From Macrostomum hystrix (lineage: Eukaryota; Animalia; Platyhelminthes): 64,000 nt of DNA. Below are positions 62,801 to 64,000 of this stretch, one piece after another. The translations under genes and the position numbers were made by a program. How positions within the stretch are numbered: the stretch's first letter is position 1; every line of letters starts with the position of its first letter. The notes beneath the pieces are model-generated. The model worked only from the letters and a program-made list of their open reading frames with translations. It was not told the origin of the DNA and made no database searches. The DNA is taken from positions 1,054,001 to 1,118,000 of the forward strand of contig CATNEN010000008.1 in the NCBI GenBank assembly GCA_950097015.1. Reading direction: 5' to 3'.

Positions 62801-64000
62801 CACCTGTCTAACAGGTATTGGAACACATTCCCGAATATTTGAGGCACCTGTCTAACAGGTATTGGAACACATTCCCGAATATTTGAAGCACCTGTCTAAC
62901 AGGTATTAAAACCCATTACCGAATACTTGAAGCACCTGTCTAACAGGTATTAAAACCCATTACCGAATACTTGAAGCACCTGTCTAACAGGTATTGGAAC
63001 ACATTCCCGAATATTTGAAGCATCTGTCTAACAGGTATCTGAACACATTCCCGAATATTTGAGGCACCCGTCTAACAGGTATTGGAACACATTCCCGAAT
63101 ATTTGAAGCATCTGTCTAACAGGTATTGGAACACATTCCCGAATATTTGAAGCATCTGTCTAACAGGTATCGGAACACATTCCCGAATATTTGAGGCACC
63201 CGTCTAACAGGTATTGGAACACATTCCCAATTATTTGAGGCACCCGTCTAACAGGTATTGGAACACATTCCCGAATATTTGAGGCACCCGTCTAACAGGC
63301 ATTGGAACACATTCCCGAATATTTGAGGCACCCGTCTAACAGGTATTGGAACACATTCCCGAATATTTGAGGCACCCGTCTAACTGGCATTGGAACACAT
63401 TCCCGAATATTTGAAGCACCTGTCTAACAGGTATTGGAACACATTCCCGAATATTTGAGGCACCTGTCTAACAGGTATTGGAACACATTCCCGAATATTT
63501 GAGGCACCTGTCTAACAGGTATTGGAACACATTCCCGAATATTTGAAGCACCTGTCTAACAGGTATTAAAACCCATTACCGAATACTTGAAGCACCTGTC
63601 TAACAGGTATTAAAACCCATTACCGAATACTTGAAGCACCTGTCTAACAGGTATAGGAACACATTCCCGAATATTTGAGGCACCTGTCTAACAGGTATCT
63701 GAACACATTCCCGAATATTTGAAGCACCCGTCTAACAGGTATTGGAACACATTCCCGAATATTTGAAGCACCTGTCTAACAGGTATAGGAACACATTCCC
63801 GAATATTTGAAGCACCTGTCTAACAGGTATTGGAACACATTCCCGAATATTTGAGGCACCTGTCTAACAGGTATTGGAACACATTCCCGAATATTTGAAG
63901 CACCTGTCTAACAGGTATCGGAACACATTCCCGAATATTTGAGGCACCCGTCTAACAGGCATTGGAACACATTCCCGAATATTTGAAGCACCCGTCTAAC
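59865..64000. repeat. 44-bp satellite array, over 90 copies, continuing past the window end
   Basis: Unit TCTAACAGGTATTGGAACACATTCCCGAATATTTGA[A/G]GCACC[T/C]G; no unique spacers. Confidence 0.98.

Noticed and set aside
59865-64000. CRISPR-like appearance of regular 44-bp repeats (also the 32- and 35-bp arrays)
   Set aside because: The units are contiguous with no unique spacers, there are no cas genes, and the context is eukaryotic.

Overview
Eukaryotic, intron-rich animal DNA. It is most consistent with a free-living flatworm such as Macrostomum; this is inferred from GC-rich exons in an AT-rich background and a different minisatellite in nearly every intron, and is not proven. Genes reconstructed by hand with frame-consistent splice sites: on the minus strand, two ankyrin-SOCS box (ASB) paralogues, a 9-exon SETDB1, an orphan 2-TM protein, NUP42/NUPL2-like and a 4-exon JMJD6; on the plus strand, an intronless melatonin-receptor-like GPCR, a 2-exon BMP2/4-like ligand, a 77-aa prepropeptide and a CX3C-repeat secreted protein. 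The window also holds a mariner remnant, two tRNA-derived SINE families, about 20 distinct tandem arrays and a 44-bp satellite running off the right end. No CRISPR, rRNA or intact tRNA was found. Best leads: (1) both ASB ORFs lack an initiator ATG and begin at phase-0 AG acceptors, as expected if the flatworm spliced-leader AUG supplies Met1 in an operon behind SETDB1; (2) a disulfide-hairpin peptide precursor next to a 16-Cys helical-hairpin secreted protein; (3) a BMP lacking the dimerisation cysteine; (4) a SETDB1 with an almost absent SET insertion; (5) minisatellites that appear seeded from a SINE core. All exon models are manual and untested against RNA data.
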